A stretch of 62,314 nt of DNA, filler included, from Globobulimina sp. (taxonomy: Eukaryota), in NCBI GenBank assembly GCA_003354225.1. It is 15 parts of 15 records of this genome, joined end to end, with 100 filler letters (N's around TTAATTAATTAA, not from the genome) between each part and the next. Parts side by side here need not be neighbours in the genome. Positions count along the whole stretch, not along the records: positions 58,258 to 62,314 come from PIVH01001676.1; 14 more parts are not named here. The stretch is one strand, 5' to 3'. Of this stretch, positions 61,201 to 62,314 are shown piece after piece. The position numbers and the translations under genes were made by a program. Position 1 is the first letter of the stretch, and every line of letters begins with the position of its first letter. A model generated the notes under the pieces. The model was not told where the DNA came from. It searched no databases and worked only from the letters and a program-made list of their open reading frames with translations.

Positions 61201-62314
61201 GTAAATGTCTACATATGTGGGGAAAGAGGTTGTGTCTCTGCCAATTTTTAAATTGGATGGACTCCGCAAAATATAAATGTTTACCCACACATTATACCAT
61301 TGACTCTGGCTTCGAGCGCCGAGGCGGCGTATATTCGGTGGAGGAGAGCAACGATGGAGGTGGGCCATATTACAATGATGTGGTTGGATGGCATCATAAA
61401 TTATATCATAAGCCAGCTATAACCGGCGTGACTGCGAAGGTTAAATACAAACAAAAACATAAGCGAGTGGCGCCTGGCCATCATGTGCATCAAATCTCTA
61501 TTAAACACGAGATGAATGTACAAGGGCCGGGGTACAGACACTTTGCATCATCGTCCGATGACAGTGCGCGATATGTAGATAACGGAGATTATTATGATTA
61601 TGATTATAATTATAATTATAACGAGGATGTGGATGAGGAGGAGAGCGCTTTTATTCTTTATAAGAAATTTATCGATGAAATGAATCATATTTTTTATTCC
61701 AATGATAACAATTGGGACGAGATTAAGTTTACAAATAACGATGATATACAAAAATGTAATAACAAGTTGCATGCAAAGGTTCAAGTGTGTTTTTGTGAGG
61801 ATGAGGCTAAAAAAAAACCATTTGAATGCAATAATAATGGAGAACAGTTTTCGTCGGCAAAATTATTCCCATTTATGAATACAGATAAAAACGAGTTGTC
61901 TGAGAATAATAACAATAATGGCGACTCGCCCAATGTATTGCAGACATTGGCTGATTTGGACCCCGCTGCTGTGAAGGCTCTGGAGGATTATTCTTTTACT
62001 ATGAGCAATCCCGCAGATGATACCGGCGCAAATCCGATGAGGGTCAATGTCCATTTCCATTATCCATCCAATTATAAGGATAAGATTGAAAATGGGGCGT
62101 TTGGGGCAAAACAATTGGATGGAAATGAGGATAATTTGTTGGACATCATCGGTGAAGATGGTGTGTATAATGATTATGAATATATCAATGACAATCATTA
62201 TGATGATTATGTTGATGTAAATGACGATGATGATGGATATTATTATAGCAATGAGGAGGAGGATGATTATGATTATTACAGTGAGCACTTTGATGATGAA
62301 GATGATGATGAAAG
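58258..62314 (+). CDS. Very large Asp/Glu/Tyr-rich modular protein, both ends truncated; intron 58809-58893
   Basis: ORF 58262-58816 splices (AATG|GT..TAG|GT) into a frame that I read as stop-free from 58894 to the window end (~1140 codons). It is absent from the ORF track because no stop is reached. Confidence 0.88.

Noticed and set aside
58987-62288. Met-rich, His-rich and Ile-rich ORFs listed in the track
   Set aside because: Shadow frames of the GAT/TAT/GAA-rich real ORF in frame +3.
1-62314. rRNA, tRNA, CRISPR arrays, hammerhead/HDV ribozymes
   Set aside because: None recognised by eye. A covariance-model scan would be needed to exclude divergent ones.

Overview
This window is not one locus. 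It is 15 unrelated contigs of about 4.06 kb (4064 down to 4057 bp, size-sorted), joined by identical 100-bp artificial spacers (44 N + TTAATTAATTAA + 44 N). Adjacency across spacers is meaningless, and ORFs that run into N's are truncated. The DNA is AT-rich and eukaryotic, with compact genes and short (about 55-85 bp) GT-AG introns. Pro/Thr/Ser 'PTxSPT' membrane proteins, G-alpha, V8-like proteases and Asp/Tyr-rich secreted proteins suggest a foraminiferan/rhizarian protist (inference). Recognisable genes are otubain, a TMEM50-like protein, G-alpha, a JmjC (JMJD4-like) fragment, a PI3K-family kinase, TBC-TLDc, two MFS transporters, an NDUFAF7 end, CHMP1, NBAS, PPR, vWA, ankyrin and a ricin-B lectin. 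Four things stand out. (1) Contig 29140-33200 has an exact 119-bp terminal direct repeat (circular or tandem 3942-bp unit). It carries one long uninterrupted ORF fusing a divergent Upf1/Dna2-type SF1 helicase, a Cys cluster and a CDIN1/TPD-type PD-(D/E)xK nuclease, next to a structured non-coding region. (2) Two highly diverged CRE-like non-LTR retroelements share atypical RT motifs, a homologous AUG-less upstream ORF and a conserved ~40-nt cis motif. (3) A >1300-aa Asp/Glu/Tyr-rich modular protein is missed by the ORF track. (4) One protein fuses two apparently dead protease domains (trypsin-like + caspase-like).
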